A stretch of DNA of 62,927 bases, the filler included, from Chiloscyllium plagiosum (lineage: Eukaryota): the NCBI RefSeq assembly GCF_004010195.1. It is 5 parts of one record of this genome, joined end to end, with 100 filler letters (N's around TTAATTAATTAA, not from the genome) between each part and the next. Parts side by side here need not be neighbours in the genome. Positions count along the whole stretch, not along the records: positions 1 to 23,878 come from NC_057712.1; 4 more parts are not named here. One strand, 5' to 3'. Below the pieces are notes generated by a model. It ran no database searches, had not been told where the DNA came from, and saw only the letters and a program-made list of their open reading frames with translations. Both the position numbers and the translations under genes were made by a program. Shown one piece after another: positions 1 to 12,089 of the stretch. The number at the start of each line of letters is the position of its first letter. Within the stretch, counting starts at the first letter, position 1.

Positions 1-980
1 CAGTCAAGTTTGTGAGACATGATTTCCCACGCACAAAGCCATGATGACTATCCCTAATCAGTCCTTGCCTTTCCAAATACATGTACATCCTGTCCCTCAG
101 GATTCCCTCCAACAACTTGCCCACCACCGAGGTCAGGCTCACCGGTCTATAGTTCCCTGGCTTGTCTTTACTGCCCTTCTTAAACAATGGCACCATGTTT
201 GCCAACCTCCAGTCTTTCAGCACCTCACCTGTGATTATCGATGATACAAATACCTCAGCAAGAGGCCCAGCAATCACTTCTCTGGCTTCCCACAGAGTTC
301 TAGGGTACACCTGATCAGGTCCTGGGGATTTATCCACCTTTTCAAGACATCCAGCAATTCCTCCTCTGTAATCTGGACATTTTGCAAGGTGTCACCATCT
401 ATTTCCCTACAGTCTATATCTCCATATCCTTTTCCACAATAAGTACTGATGCAAAATATTCATTTAGTATCTCCCCCATTTTCTGTGGCTCCATACAAAG
501 GCCACCTTGCTGATCTTTGAGGGGCCCTATTCTCTCCCTAGTTACCCTTTTGTCCTTAATATATTTGTAAAAACCCTTTAGATTCTCCTTAATTCTGTTT
601 GCCAAAGCTATCTCATGTCCTCTTTTTGTCCTCCTGATTTCCCTCTTAAGTATACTCCTACTGCCTTTATACTCTTCAAAGGACTTATTCAATCTATCCT
701 GTCTATACCTGACATATGCTTCCTTCTTTTTCTGAACCAAATCCTCAATTTCTTTAGTCATCCAGCATTCCCCATACCTACCAGCCTTCCCTTTCACCCT
801 GACAGGAATATACTTTGTCTGGATTCTCGTTATCTAATTTCTAAAGGCTTCCCATTTGCCAGCCATCCCGTTACCTGCGAACATCTGCCTCCAACCAGCT
901 TTCGAAGGTTCTTGCCTAATACCGTCAAAATTGGCCTTTCTCCAATTTAGAACTTCAAAGTTTAGATCTGGTCTATCCTT
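1..980 (-). mobile_element. CR1 LINE ORF2 fragment (region between endonuclease and RT, plus RT N-terminus), degenerate
   Basis: Minus-strand translation gives CR1-type segments (GLIRDSHHGFVRGKSCLTNL; ORF 414..797 WMTKEIEDLVQKKKEAY...FYKYIKDKRVTRERIGPLKD; LNWRKANFDGIRQE), with frameshifts. Joins the Gypsy RNase H at about 980. Confidence 0.9.
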
Positions 981-3900
981 CCTGGAAAAATACCCAATGG
1001 GTCTTTGTACTCCCCCGCCATCCCCCTGCAGGAGCACCGCACCGACTCCCACACCACTGGCATCGATAGCCACCTTGAAAGGCTTTGTGTAATCCGGTGG
1101 ATAATACTGGGGCAGTGGTCAACACAGTTTTTAGGCTGTCAAATTCCTTTTGACACACCGCTGTCCACTGAAACTTCTTACCCTTTTTTAACAATTCCGT
1201 GAGTAGAGCAGCCAGACTGCTAAAGTTCGGCACAAACGTCTGGTAAAATCCACTCAGTCCCAGGAACCGTAGTACTGCGTTTTCGTCAATGGTGTAGGAA
1301 ATTCCCCAATTACTTTTATTTTTACATCCAGTGGGGCCATTTGTCCATGTCCAATAACATGGCCCAGGAAGGTGACTTGGGCTTTGATAAATTCACTTTT
1401 AGCTAGGTTTACCACCAAGCCTGCCTTCCGAAGTTGATCGAACAAATCCGATAAATGCCGTAAATGTTCCTTCCATGAGAGACTAAAAATCACCAGGTCA
1501 TCAATGGACACCACACAGTTGGGTAATCTGGCAATGACCATATTAATCAGTCTCTGAAAAGTGGCTGGAGCGTTTTTCATATCAAATAGCAAGACTTTGA
1601 ACGGATATAGTCCATTTGGTGTTATGAAAGCCAAAATTGCCTTTGCTCTCTCTGACAGAGGCACTTGCCAGTAGCCTCTGAGTAAGTCCAACTTAGAAAT
1701 CTAAGTTGCTTCTCCCATTTGTTTGACACAGACCTCCAACCATGGAATTGGATATGCACCAATCTTTGTAACAGCATTGACTTTGTGATACATAACTGTT
1801 GGGTACCATCTGGCTTTGGCACCATGACGATGGGTGAACTCCAGTCACTGTAACTCACTGATTCTGCCATCTTGGAGAATGCGCTCCATCTCCTTCTGAA
1901 CCTGTGCCAACTTTAGAGGGTTTTGCCTATAAGGACATTGCTTAATCGGAACAGATCTCCTATCTATACATCACGCACATTTAGGTTAGTACTTCCCAGT
2001 TTATTTCCTCATATCTCCCCATGTGATAGTAATAACTCTTTCAGGTCATTTCGATTTTCTTGTGGAAGGTAGCACAATTTTTCCCAATTTTTGACAACTC
2101 CGTCATTGACCAATTTGATTTGAGGAATGTCCAATTCAGAATCCTCTGAACTTGGTTCTTCTTTCTGTGTTGTAATCATTAACACCTTCTCCTCTTGCTT
2201 TCCTTCCCTAACAAAATACCTTTTAAGCAAATTCATGACACAGATTTCTTCCTGTTTGGAGTCCTTATCAAGTAGTTCACCTCACTCAATTTCCTCTCGG
2301 TTTGATACGGTCCATAAACCTTGCTTTTAAAGGTCCACCTGTGACTGAAAGTAACACCTATACCTTATCTCCAATTGCAAAATTGCGAATTTGTGATTTC
2401 TTATTCACCTCCTGTTTCATTGTATACTGTGATACTTTTAAATGCTGTCTAGCCAACTCTGCAGCTCTATTTAACGGTTCTCTAAAATTTGACACATAGT
2501 CCAAATGGGTGGTCTCTGAATTCTGACTTGTTAATTTCTCGTTAGTCAATTTTAATGGTCCTCTTACTTCATACCCAAAAATTAATTCATATGGACTGAA
2601 TTTGGTCGATTCATTCGGTGCATCTCTGATCGCAAAAAGTGCAAACCGAACTCCCTTATCCCAATCCTCTGGATAATCCTGACCATAAGCCTGCAACATG
2701 GTCTGCAGTGTTTGATGCCATCTCTCTAGTGCTCCCTATGATTCCGGACGGTATGCAGTAGATGCGAATTGCTTTATTCCCAAGTTATCCATAACCTCCT
2801 TGAATAGTTTGGATGTGAAGTTTGATCTTGATCTGACTAATTCTCTATTAGTAGTCCATATCTAGTAAAAAAATGTAATTAATTCTTCTACAACCCTTTT
2901 AGCTGTGATGTTGCGTAATGGGATTGTCTCTGGAAATCTAGTCAACACATCCATTATTGTTAATAAATACTTATTCGCACTTTTTGTTTGAAGTAGGGGA
3001 CTTACGCAATCAATCAAGACTCTTGTGAAATGTTCCTCAAATGCTGGAATAGGTATTAAAGGTGCAGGTTTTATCACTGCCTGTGGTTTTCCGATTAGCT
3101 GACATGTATGACAAGTCTGGCAAAATTCAACTACATCCTTATGTAGTCCAAGCCAGTAAAAATGTCTTTGTATTTAGCTTGAGTTTTCCTCACCCCTAAA
3201 TGACCTCCAAATGGTAGCTCATGCACCACTCGCAGCACCTCCTTTCTATACCCTACTGGCAAAACAATTTGATGTCTCTCTGCCCATTTCTCATCTGGTT
3301 GAATTTGTGATGGTGTCCATTTCCTCATTAAGACATCATTTGTTAAATAATAACACACAGGGATGCATTCTTTCTCCTTTTCTGTAAATGTCTTTTAATA
3401 CAACTGCTTTAAGTTCTCATTTTTCTGCTGTAACTCAATCAGTTTAGTAAAGCTAAAGATACTTGCATGTTTACCTATTTGCTCCTTCTCTGTCCCACTT
3501 ATCTGATCAAAAATAGTCTTGGATAAAGCTACGTCAGCTTCTGTATCTGTGCCTTTTGATCTCTTCTGTTTCAACTTGTGCCTCTGTGATCTTGTGACTA
3601 CACAATCAGGGAAAATCCCTGAATAAAGATCCTTAATTTCTTCAGTTGCCGGCGTCTCCACTGGCATTTCAACCAGAGTAGGCAGCATGCCTACCGGAGG
3701 ATCAGCTATATCATTTGCAAGGACAAATTGCATTCCTGGAGCTGAGAGTTTGTCCAGCACTCCTCCCACAAATTCTACACTCTTCTCTGGACTCTCTAGC
3801 CTCACTTTACATAACTGAGCACTTTTTGTCTCACCATGAATTCCTGTTACCAGTAACTTTCTGGGCAATAGCATGTCAGGAGTGTATATCTCCTCATACT

Positions 3901-5280
3901 TCAGCATTACAGACTGAGAGGATCCTATGACCCTTCATATTGTAACCTCCTTACCTACTGCTCCTGGCCGATGTGAATAAACTTTACCCTTGCATGTATA
4001 TTTTTTAAGGAGATCTGGCACTTCCTCCTTAACCGGCCTCTGATCATCTTGAACATTCTGAGGCAATTGTCTAACTTCCCTTGTGCTTTTTGTTACTAGA
4101 CAAACAAAACTCCCAGGCTTGTCTGGTTTTCCTACATCTGGCTTTCTCCTCGCCCACCAACACTGTGATTTCATGTGGCCCACGTTATTACAATGAAAAC
4201 ACAGGAGCTTTTTAACTTCTTTGTCCCCCTCAAGGGTTTCTTTTTTACCCTGTGGTAAGTTATCCTTATGATCTTCACTGAGATCTACCTTTCCTTTTCC
4301 ACATGAGGATTTCTCTTTGCCCCAATTTCTATCCCTTACGGACTGAAAATGATTCTGGAAGCCAAACCGAGTTTCATGGACAAGCTCATAAGCATCAGCC
4401 ATTTCAGCTGCTAACCTTCGCTATTTAAACTCTCTGCTCTTCCACGTCAGGTCACATTACCTCCTCGCTAAGGTCACCTTCAGCATTTTAAGCTGACTTT
4501 CCTTTTTAAGTGTCAGTTTTTGAAGTTCAAAAGCTCTCTCTTTTTCTTTCTGTGCTCTCTTTTTCTCTCTGTTCTGCTGCTCTCTCTTTTTCTCTCTCTT
4601 CCACTTTTAATTGTAATTAAAACTGAGTTTTATGGACCAGCTTATAATCATTAACCACTTCAGCTGCTCGCCTTGCTGTTTTAACTTTCTGCTCTTCCAC
4701 ATGAGTTTGCACTACTTCAGGCAGTGAGTTTTGATAGATCCATCTATCAAAATTACTCTGTTTCATCCTTTCAAACTCAATATAGGTTTGACCAGGGTCC
4801 CTCCTTAGATTCCTGAAAAACGTTGTCTATCGGCTTGTGGTACAAGCTCATATGCACTTAAAATGGCTTTCTTCACCTCCTCATACTCCCCAAATAGCTC
4901 TGCTGATAGTGATGTGAATACCTCACTAGCCCGACCTACAAGTTTTGTTTGGATCAACAAAACCCACCTTGCCACTGGCTGTTGCATTTGTTTGGCCGCC
5001 TTTTCAAATCAGATGAAAAAGGTTTCCAATCCTTCTAATCAAATTTAGGCAATGGTTGAATATACTCAAACAGTTTCTCACTAGACTTCTGGCCATCAGG
5101 GGTTTGCTCCTTCTCACTCTCTTCCTCACTAAGCCTACCCTCAGCCTTTATCTCCAGCCTTTTAAGCTGACGTTCCTTTTTAATTGTCAGTTTTTGAAGT
5201 TCAAAAGCTCTCTCTTTTTCACTCTCTTCTGCTTTTAATCATAACTCAAACTGTTTCATTTCTGCTGCCCTTTCCTTATT
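981..5280 (-). mobile_element. Degenerate Ty3/Gypsy LTR retrotransposon internal region, Gmr1-like (gag-PR-INT-RT-RH)
   Basis: From high to low coordinates: gag (LIQTKLVGRASEVF...KAILSAYELVP; CCHC knuckle CFHCNNVGHMKSQC), protease remnant (VTI*RVIGSSQS), integrase (HELPFGGHLG...CHTC; RVLIDCVSPL; GALERWHQTL; FSPYELIFG), RT (WSSPIVMVPKPDG; DLLRGYWQVPL; KNAPATFQRL; SIDD), RNase H (IDASGVGVGAVLLQ...PIGYFSRK). Many stops and frameshifts. Confidence 0.92.
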
Positions 5281-5605
5281 AGATTACATTACAGTGTGGA
5301 AACAGGCCCTTTGGCCCAACAAGTCCACACTGACCCACCAAAGTGCAACCCACCCATACCTCTAACCTAACACTACGGGCAATTTAGCATGGCGAATTCA
5401 CCTGACCTGCACATCTTTCAGAAAAAAGGGACCCAGCTTTGTGACAATCCCACCCAAACCCATTCGGTAAAACCAGTAACTACAGATGCTGGAAACCAGA
5501 TTCTGGAGTAGAGTGGTGCACCCAAACCCATTCCCCTGTCCAATTACTCTACATTTCTCCCTGACTAATGCACCTAGCCTAAACATCCCTGAACACTATG
5601 GGCAA
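5278..5605 (-). mobile_element. HE1/V-SINE 3' fragments
   Basis: Reverse complement matches the 3' half of the full-length SINE at 59747 (aaagatgtgcaggtcaggtgaatt...ctaaattgcccgtagtgttagg...ccacactgtaa). Confidence 0.8.
5466..5518 (-). mobile_element. 53-bp Penelope-like terminal (tail-only) insertion with 15-bp TSD
   Basis: Matches the end of the element at 22548-22774 (ccagaatctggtttccagcatctg). Flanked by perfect direct repeat cacccaaacccattc (5451-5465 / 5519-5533). Confidence 0.8.
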
Positions 5606-5607
5606 TT

Positions 5608-6476
5608 GAGGTATATAGTTAGTAAGTTTGCAGATGACACCGAAATTGGAGGTGTAGTGGCCAAGGAAGTTTACCTCAGATTACATTGGGATCTTGATCA
5701 GATGGGCCAATAGCTGAGGAGTGGCAGCTGGATTTGAGATAAATGCGAGGTGCTGCATTTTGGACAGACAAATCAGGTCAGGACTTATACACTTAATGGT
5801 AAGGTCCTGGGGAGTGTTGTTGAACAAAGAGACCTTGGAGTGCAGGTTCATGGTTCTTTGAAAGTGGAGTCGCAGGTAGACAGGATAGTGAAGAAGGTTT
5901 TTTTTAATTGGTCAGATCATTGAGTACAGGATTTGGGAGGTCATGTTGTACAGGATATTGGTTGGCTACATTTGGAATACTACATGCAATTCTGGTCTCC
6001 CTATTATAGGAAGGATGTTGTGAAACCTGAAAGGTTCAGAAATGATTTTCAAGGATGTTGCCACGGTTGGACAGTTTGAGCTGTACGAAGAGGCTGAACA
6101 GGCTGGGGCTGTTTTCCCTGGAGCGTCAGAGGCTGAGGGGTGACTTTATAGAGATTTATAAAATCTTGAAAAGCATGGATAGGATAAATGGTCTCTTCCC
6201 TGGGGTGGGAGAGTCCAGAACTAGAGGGCATTGGTTTAGGGTGAGAGGGGAAAGGTATAAAAGAGGGTGATGTGTGTATGGAATGATCTGTAAAAGGAAG
6301 TGGTGGAGGCTGGTACAATTACAACATTTAAAAAGCATTTGACTGGGTATGTGAATAGGAAGGGTTTAGAGGGATATAGGCCAAGTGCTGGCAAATGGAA
6401 CTAGATTGGGTTCGGATATCTGGTTGGCATGGACAAGTTGGACCGAAGATGCTGCACATCTCTCTGACTCTATGAC
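5608..6476 (+). mobile_element. CR1 LINE 3' portion (RT C-terminus and 3' UTR)
   Basis: SKFADDTEIGG, RLGLFSLERQRLRGDFIEIYKI, SRTRGH motifs; ends in the gactctatgac tail. Confidence 0.92.
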
Positions 6477-6889
6477 TGTAAGAGAGAAGTTCTTGATTTT
6501 AAAAAGAAAAGATGAATATTTTGAAGAGTTATGAAGGTTCTGAACCTATTATTCTTTGAGAACAGCATTTAAAAGTCACGTGAATTTAGCTGACAGACCA
6601 CCAAGCCACCCAGGAGATAAGTAGTAAAGTATTTGCTCTCTAGGGTTTATGACCTCCAAAGAGGGAACGGCAGGTGGGGAGGGAAGCAGATTCAAGCAGA
6701 GAGGAAATGCACAGCAGCAGAGGTGTTGTTATGGCCTCCAAGTAGCCAGGCCTAGCAGAAATCTCGAGTTGTTACCAAAGTCAGTGAGAATAAAACTCCA
6801 AAGCAGAAGTCTGTGGAGATGTCACAGAGGTCAAAGCAGTTGAATAAATGAATTCTGGTGACCCAGGTTGAATAACAATGATGACTGTG

Positions 6890-7077
6890 AAAGACTGTCA
6901 ATAAAAACTAGTGTCCTTTTGGGAAGGAAATAAGCCATCTTTACTCAGTCCGGCCTACATGTGAATCCAGCCCAAAAGCAATGTGGTTGATTCTTAATTG
7001 TCATTTGGGCGATTAAGGATGGCAACAAATATAGGCCGGGCCTGTGATACCTACATCCCATAAAGAATGAATAAAAC
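6890..7077 (+). mobile_element. Decayed 3' part of a second (non-HE1) SINE or LINE tail
   Basis: gtcctttt-gggaaggaaa...ggcctacatgtgaatccag...gcaatgtggttgattcttaa...acatcccataaagaatgaataaaa. A similar tail (catatcccacgaatgaataaaa) lies at about 12483. Family assignment is from memory only. Confidence 0.55.
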
Positions 7078-7679
7078 AAGTGAGCTGAGTTAGCAGCTTG
7101 TTTTAAGGATCTCAAAGAGAAAATAGCATTGAGTGAGTAAACAGCAACTTGCTGAAAGGAAACCAGTTCTAGCTACGGCAGTTGAGCAATAACCTCTAGA
7201 ATACAGGTAGGGCTGCTCCTTCCCTGAGGCTTGAGTGTCTTTGAGGGCATTGCTGGAATAAAGGGATGAATCTTTCTTTCTGATATTTATAATGAGATTG
7301 TGCCAATAATTCGTGTCTAGTGCAATATTGTTTATATTTTATTTAGTGTAACAAATATTTAGATTATTTTTGTTACAAGTATATTGACAGCTTCTTGTAA
7401 ATATGTTAAATGACCGACCACCATGATAAACATTAGGAAAAACAAATAAAATAGCCTTTATTATCACATATACTTGATACAGTGAAAGGTTTATTCATCG
7501 CCAATTCCAGCGTCGACTTAGATACAAAATACCTTGGCACAGCCTCTTTTGTCACACGATTTTAGACAATTCAGAAATAAAATGTCCACCATTACAGAAA
7601 ACAGTTCAGTACAACATACCATGCTGGTACTTAGCTTCCAGTCTGCACCAGCCCTGGGCTCCACACCAAGCCAGCAACA

Positions 7680-9835
7680 TGCCACGCCGGGAGGCCGCTG
7701 TGCCAGTCCAGGAGGTCACCATGCCAGGCCGGGTGCCTCCACAGGAGAAGGTCACTGCACCAGGCTGGGAGTCGCTGTGGGAGGGTGCGAGGTTGCTATG
7801 CTACACTGGCAAGTCGCTGTAGGAGGCTAGGAGGGCATTGCGCCAGGCCAGGAAGTTGTTATGGAAGACCGGGAGGTCACTGCATCAGGCTGAGAGGTTA
7901 CCACGACACTTTGACAGGTCGCTGTAGGAGGCCAGGAGGTCACCGCGCCAGGCTGGGAGGTCGCTATGGGAGACCGGGAAGTCACTGCGCCAGGCTGGCA
8001 GGTCGCTGTGGGAGGCCGGGAAATCAAAGCGCCAGGCCGGGAGATCGCTATGGGAGGCCAGGAGGTTGCTGCGCTAGGCCAGGAAATCAAACGCCAGGCT
8101 GGGAGGTCACTATGGGAGGCCAGGAGGTCGCTGCACCAGGCCAGGAAGTCATTGTGGAATACCCAGAGGTCGCTGCGCCAGGCCGGGAGGTCGCTGTGGC
8201 AGGCCAGGAAATCAAAACGCCAGGCCGGGAGGTCGCTGTGGGAGGCCAGGAGGTCGCTGCGCAGGCCGGGAGGTCGCTGTGGGAGGCCAGGAGGTCGCTG
8301 TGCCAGGCTGAGAGGTCGCTGTGAGAGGCCAGGAGGTCATTGTGGGAGGCCAGGAGGTCGCTGCACCAGGCCGGGAGGTCGCTGTGGGAGGCCAGGAGGT
8401 CACTGCGCCAGGCCAGGAAATCAAAGCGCCAGATGGGGAGGTCGCTGTGGGAGGCCAGGAGGTCGCTGTGGGAGGCGAGGAGGTCGCTGCGCCAGGCCGG
8501 GAGGTCGCTGTGGGAGGCCAGGAGGTCGCTGCGCCAGGTCGGGAGGTCGCTGCGCCAAGCCGGGAGGCCACTGTGGGAGGCCAGGAGGTCGCTGTGGGAG
8601 GCCAGGAGGTCGCTGCGCCAGGCCGGGATGTCGCTGTGCCAGGCTGAGAGGTCGCTGAGAGAGGCCAGGAGGTCATTGTGGGAGGCCAGGTGGTCGCTGC
8701 GCCAGGCCGGGAGTCGCTGTGGGAGGCCAGGAGGTCGCTGCACCAGGCCAGGAGGTGGCTGCGCCAGGCTGGGATGTCGCTTTGGGAGGCCAAGAGGTCG
8801 CTGCGCCAGGCCGGGAGGTCGCTGCACCAGGCCAGGAGGTCACTGCGCCAGGCCGGGATGTCGCTGTGGGAGGCCAGGAGGTCACTGCCCCAGGTCGGGA
8901 GGTCACTGTGGGAGGCCAGGAGGTCACTGCGCCAGGCCAGGAGGTCACTGCCCCAGGTCGGGAGATCACTGCGCCAGGTCAGGAGATCACTGCGCCAGGC
9001 CGGGAGGTCACTGCGCCAGGCCAGGAGGTCACTGCGCCAGGCTGGGAGGTCCCTGTGAGAGGCCGGGAGATCACTGCGCCAGGTCAGGAGATCACTGCGC
9101 CAGGCCGGGAGGTCACTGCGCCAGGCAGGGAGGTCGCTGTGGGAGGCCGGGAGGTCACTGTGGGAGGCCGGGAAATCACTGCGCCAGGCCGGGAGGTCGC
9201 TGCACCAGGCCAGGAGGTCACTGCGCCAGGCCGGGAGGTCGCTGTGGGAGGCCAGGAGGTCGGGAGGTCGCTGCACCAGGCCAGGAGGTCACTGCGCCAG
9301 GCTGGGAGGTCCCTGTGGGAGGCCAGGAGGTCGCTGCGCCAGGCTGGGAGGTCACTGTGGGATGCCAGGAGGTCGCAGCGTTAGGGTGGGAGGTTGCTGT
9401 GGGAGGCCAAGAGGTAGTTGCGCCAGGCCAGGAGGTCGCTGCTCCAGGCCGGGAGGTCTCGGTGGGAGGCCATGAGATCACTGCGCCAGGCCAGGGGGTC
9501 CCTGTGGGAGGCCAGGAGGTCACTGTGCCAGGCTGGGAGGTTGCTGTGGGAGGCCGAGAGGTGGCTGTGGGAGGCCAGGAGGTAGCTGTGGCAGGCTGGG
9601 AGGTGGCTGTGGGAGGCCGGGAAGTCACTGTTGGAGGCCAGGAGAATACTGCGCCAGGCTGGGAGATCGCTGTGGGAGGCCAGGAGGTCGCTGTGCCAGG
9701 CTGGGAAGTTGCTGTGGGAGGCTGGGAGGTAGCTGTGGGAGGCCGGGAGGTGGCTGTGGGAGGCTGGGAGGTCACTGTGGGAGGTCAGATGGTCACTGTG
9801 CTAGGCCAGGAGTTGTCGCTGGAGGCTGGGAATTG
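7680..9835. repeat. GC-rich 21-bp minisatellite (about 2.1 kb), apparently embedded in a non-autonomous retroposon spanning about 7455-9890
   Basis: Alternating 21-mers RGGAGGTCGCTGTGGGAGGCC / RGGAGGTCRCTGCGCCAGGCC. The left flank (7456-7530, - strand) resembles the element end at 20302-20373 (ttcactgt...tgacaataaag). Confidence 0.95.
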
Positions 9836-10089
9836 AAGGAAAGAAAAGAAAAAGAAGGGGAAGAAAAAAAACACTAGGAGGATGAAAAAATGTATGGTTT
9901 TTCCAGCCAGTTTTCACTCTGAGATCTGAGTTGCTCACACCCTCATAACATCACCCCAACAGCAAATCACTCAACAAGAGTATCAGTCCCATCCTGCTCA
10001 ACAGCAAATGGTCCATTTTGTACAGGGTCTCACCCGCCCCAGAACTGGTCCTGGTGCCTTCCTCTATCAGTTTTCCAGCCATGTGATCA

Positions 10090-10560
10090 ATCACTCAGTT
10101 CTAAGTTTCTATGCTCACTACCTCCTGGGATTGGGAGTAATCCTTGGATGAATGTTGTGAAGGGCTCGTTCTCCTTCCAAATTCCCTGAACTCTGATTTC
10201 CCCTTCCTGCCTCTGCTATTATTACTGGGGTGGATGATGGTTTCTAGCTGATCCCCTTTCCCAGAGGAACGTCCTCCAGGTGCTCTGTGACATTCCTGAC
10301 CCTGCCACCAACACAACATCCGAGAGTTATGTCTGTGGCCATAAAAACACCCAAACTAAAATACATTGTTATGTATGTTGTAGATTGTTATGACTCGATG
10401 AAGCTCTCAGCCTCCCAGATGCACCACAGTGACACCAGCCATTGCTTGAGCTTCAAAATCCAGAGATCAGTTTTCAGCAGCTGGAGCTACTTGCTGCATT
10501 TATGGCCATCCAGGTCACTGAGAGTCTCCACTGCTTCCCAAAGTCCCAACCGAGATGCTC
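10090..10560 (-). mobile_element. Highly decayed CR1 ORF1 (zinc finger/leucine zipper and esterase-like) fragment
   Basis: Remnants such as LKLKQWLVSLWCIWEAESFIES and GRKGKSEFREFGRR resemble CR1 ORF1; compare the cleaner copy at 53299. Confidence 0.55.
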
Positions 10561-11074
10561 TGCCATGCCCTAACTGTACTTCATTTACATTAACTTTATT
10601 TTACTTTGGCTGGTTTATATTAATTTTATTTTTCTTGACATTAACTTACACCCATTGATAAACATTAATGGTTCTAATGTCCAACAAATGCTTGACATAT
10701 TTTACTAGTTGCAAAGAACATTACACAGAACCTCTCTTTCCTTGTGCATAAACCTAATCCACTACTCATTCATTCAGATGTAATTTCCTGACATGTGGTT
10801 TGAAAAACAGAAATGTAACTAAATCAAAATCACGTAGGTCACAGTGTACAAAGTACACAGCAGAAAGGCATTTCCCCGAAGAATAACATCCTTTCCAATT
10901 AACCTCCTGGCTCCTTTAACACTAAACAAATTAACAATAGAAAACCATGGAACTGAAGCCAGAGCCATACAACTCAGGGACAGTCGTTTGGACATATCTA
11001 GATCACTGTGCTTTTCAATACCTGTTAGTTCACACTCCTGATTTACTCCCAATACTATATTCTTGGCTGCTTTC

Positions 11075-11428
11075 AGGATGCCTACTTGCGGAACCCTTCA
11101 GAGAACATCTCCTGGACACAAGCATGAAGCAACCCCCCCCCCCCCGGCCGAACACTTTAACTCCCCCTCCCACTCTCCCAAGGAGATGTAAGTCCTTGGC
11201 CTCCTCCATCGCCACTCCCTTACCACCCTAAACCTGGAGAAAGAATGCCTCATCTTCCGCCTTGGGATCTGTCTTCCTCCCCAGTCCAACTCCCCTCTCA
11301 TTTATCTCTCAGCCCCCTTGACCCACAAGCCTCATTCTGATGAAGGCCTTATGCCCGAAACATCGATTCTCCGACTGCTTGGATGCTGCCTGACCTGCTG
11401 TGCTTTTCCAGCCCACACTCTCAACACT
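11075..11428 (+). mobile_element. Penelope-like element 3' fragment (GIY-YIG C-terminus and terminal repeat with hammerhead motif)
   Basis: LAEPFREHL...AEHFNSPSHS...LEKECLIFRLG; then CTGATGA-aggccttatgccc-GAAA-CATC at 11337-11364. Confidence 0.85.
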
Positions 11429-11861
11429 GCTTTAACACTAAAGGCAGATTTCAAAACAAACCAGTTTGCTTTTCTACAACAAAATTGAGCAACAATTTAT
11501 TCGTCTTACTGTGGTGTTTTTATGTCATTTATTGAACAATCTTCATTCTAGTCCGAGCTGGGTCACTGACTGGTACATATATTACTCAGAAATTGGTTAT
11601 GTTCCTGAACAAAGGTTGGAGATGCAAGTTCAAATTCTACCAAGGCAGGCTAAATTAAACAAAGTTGGAATAGAAAGCTCACGTCAGTTATGGTGACCAT
11701 GTAATAATTGAAATATCCTAAAGCATTTCATCTGGTTCACAAATTGAGAGGCGGCCATTAAAATGGTCAGTGAAAGAAAGAGAGCACAAAATGGAAGAAG
11801 TGGAATGCTGAGGTGCACTTCCCTCCTCTTCCACTAAGGGGAGCACACAGCTCTATCTCAG

Positions 11862-12040
11862 TGAACAAAGTTAAAAATCACACAACAACAGGTTTATTTG
11901 GAAGCACTAACTTTCAGAGTGCTGCTCCTTCATCAGGTGGATGTGGAGCAGGACCACATGACAAAAGAATTTATAGAAAAGATTAAAGTGTCAGGCAGCT
12001 GAAATATATTAAACAAACTTAGATTTGACATGTTTAATAT
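11862..12040 (-). mobile_element. Terminal fragment of a third Penelope-like family with hammerhead motif
   Basis: Minus strand 11939-11905 reads cac-CTGATGA-a-ggag-cagca-ctct-GAAA-GTTA-gtg (stem I cac/gtg), followed by aataaacctgttg...gtgtgattttt. Confidence 0.7.
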
Positions 12041-12089
12041 ATTTAATAACTGTTCCACCACCAGTTGGTGTTTATGGAAGAGAATTATA

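Noticed and set aside
834..1073. In-frame RNase H-CR1 fusion ORF
   Set aside because: Chance junction of a truncated CR1 with the Gypsy RNase H at about 980; both parts are degenerate.
7785..9836. Long ORFs (up to 498 aa) as protein-coding genes
   Set aside because: They arise from a stop-poor 21-bp repeat, are open in many frames on both strands and shift frame freely; no splice or homology support.
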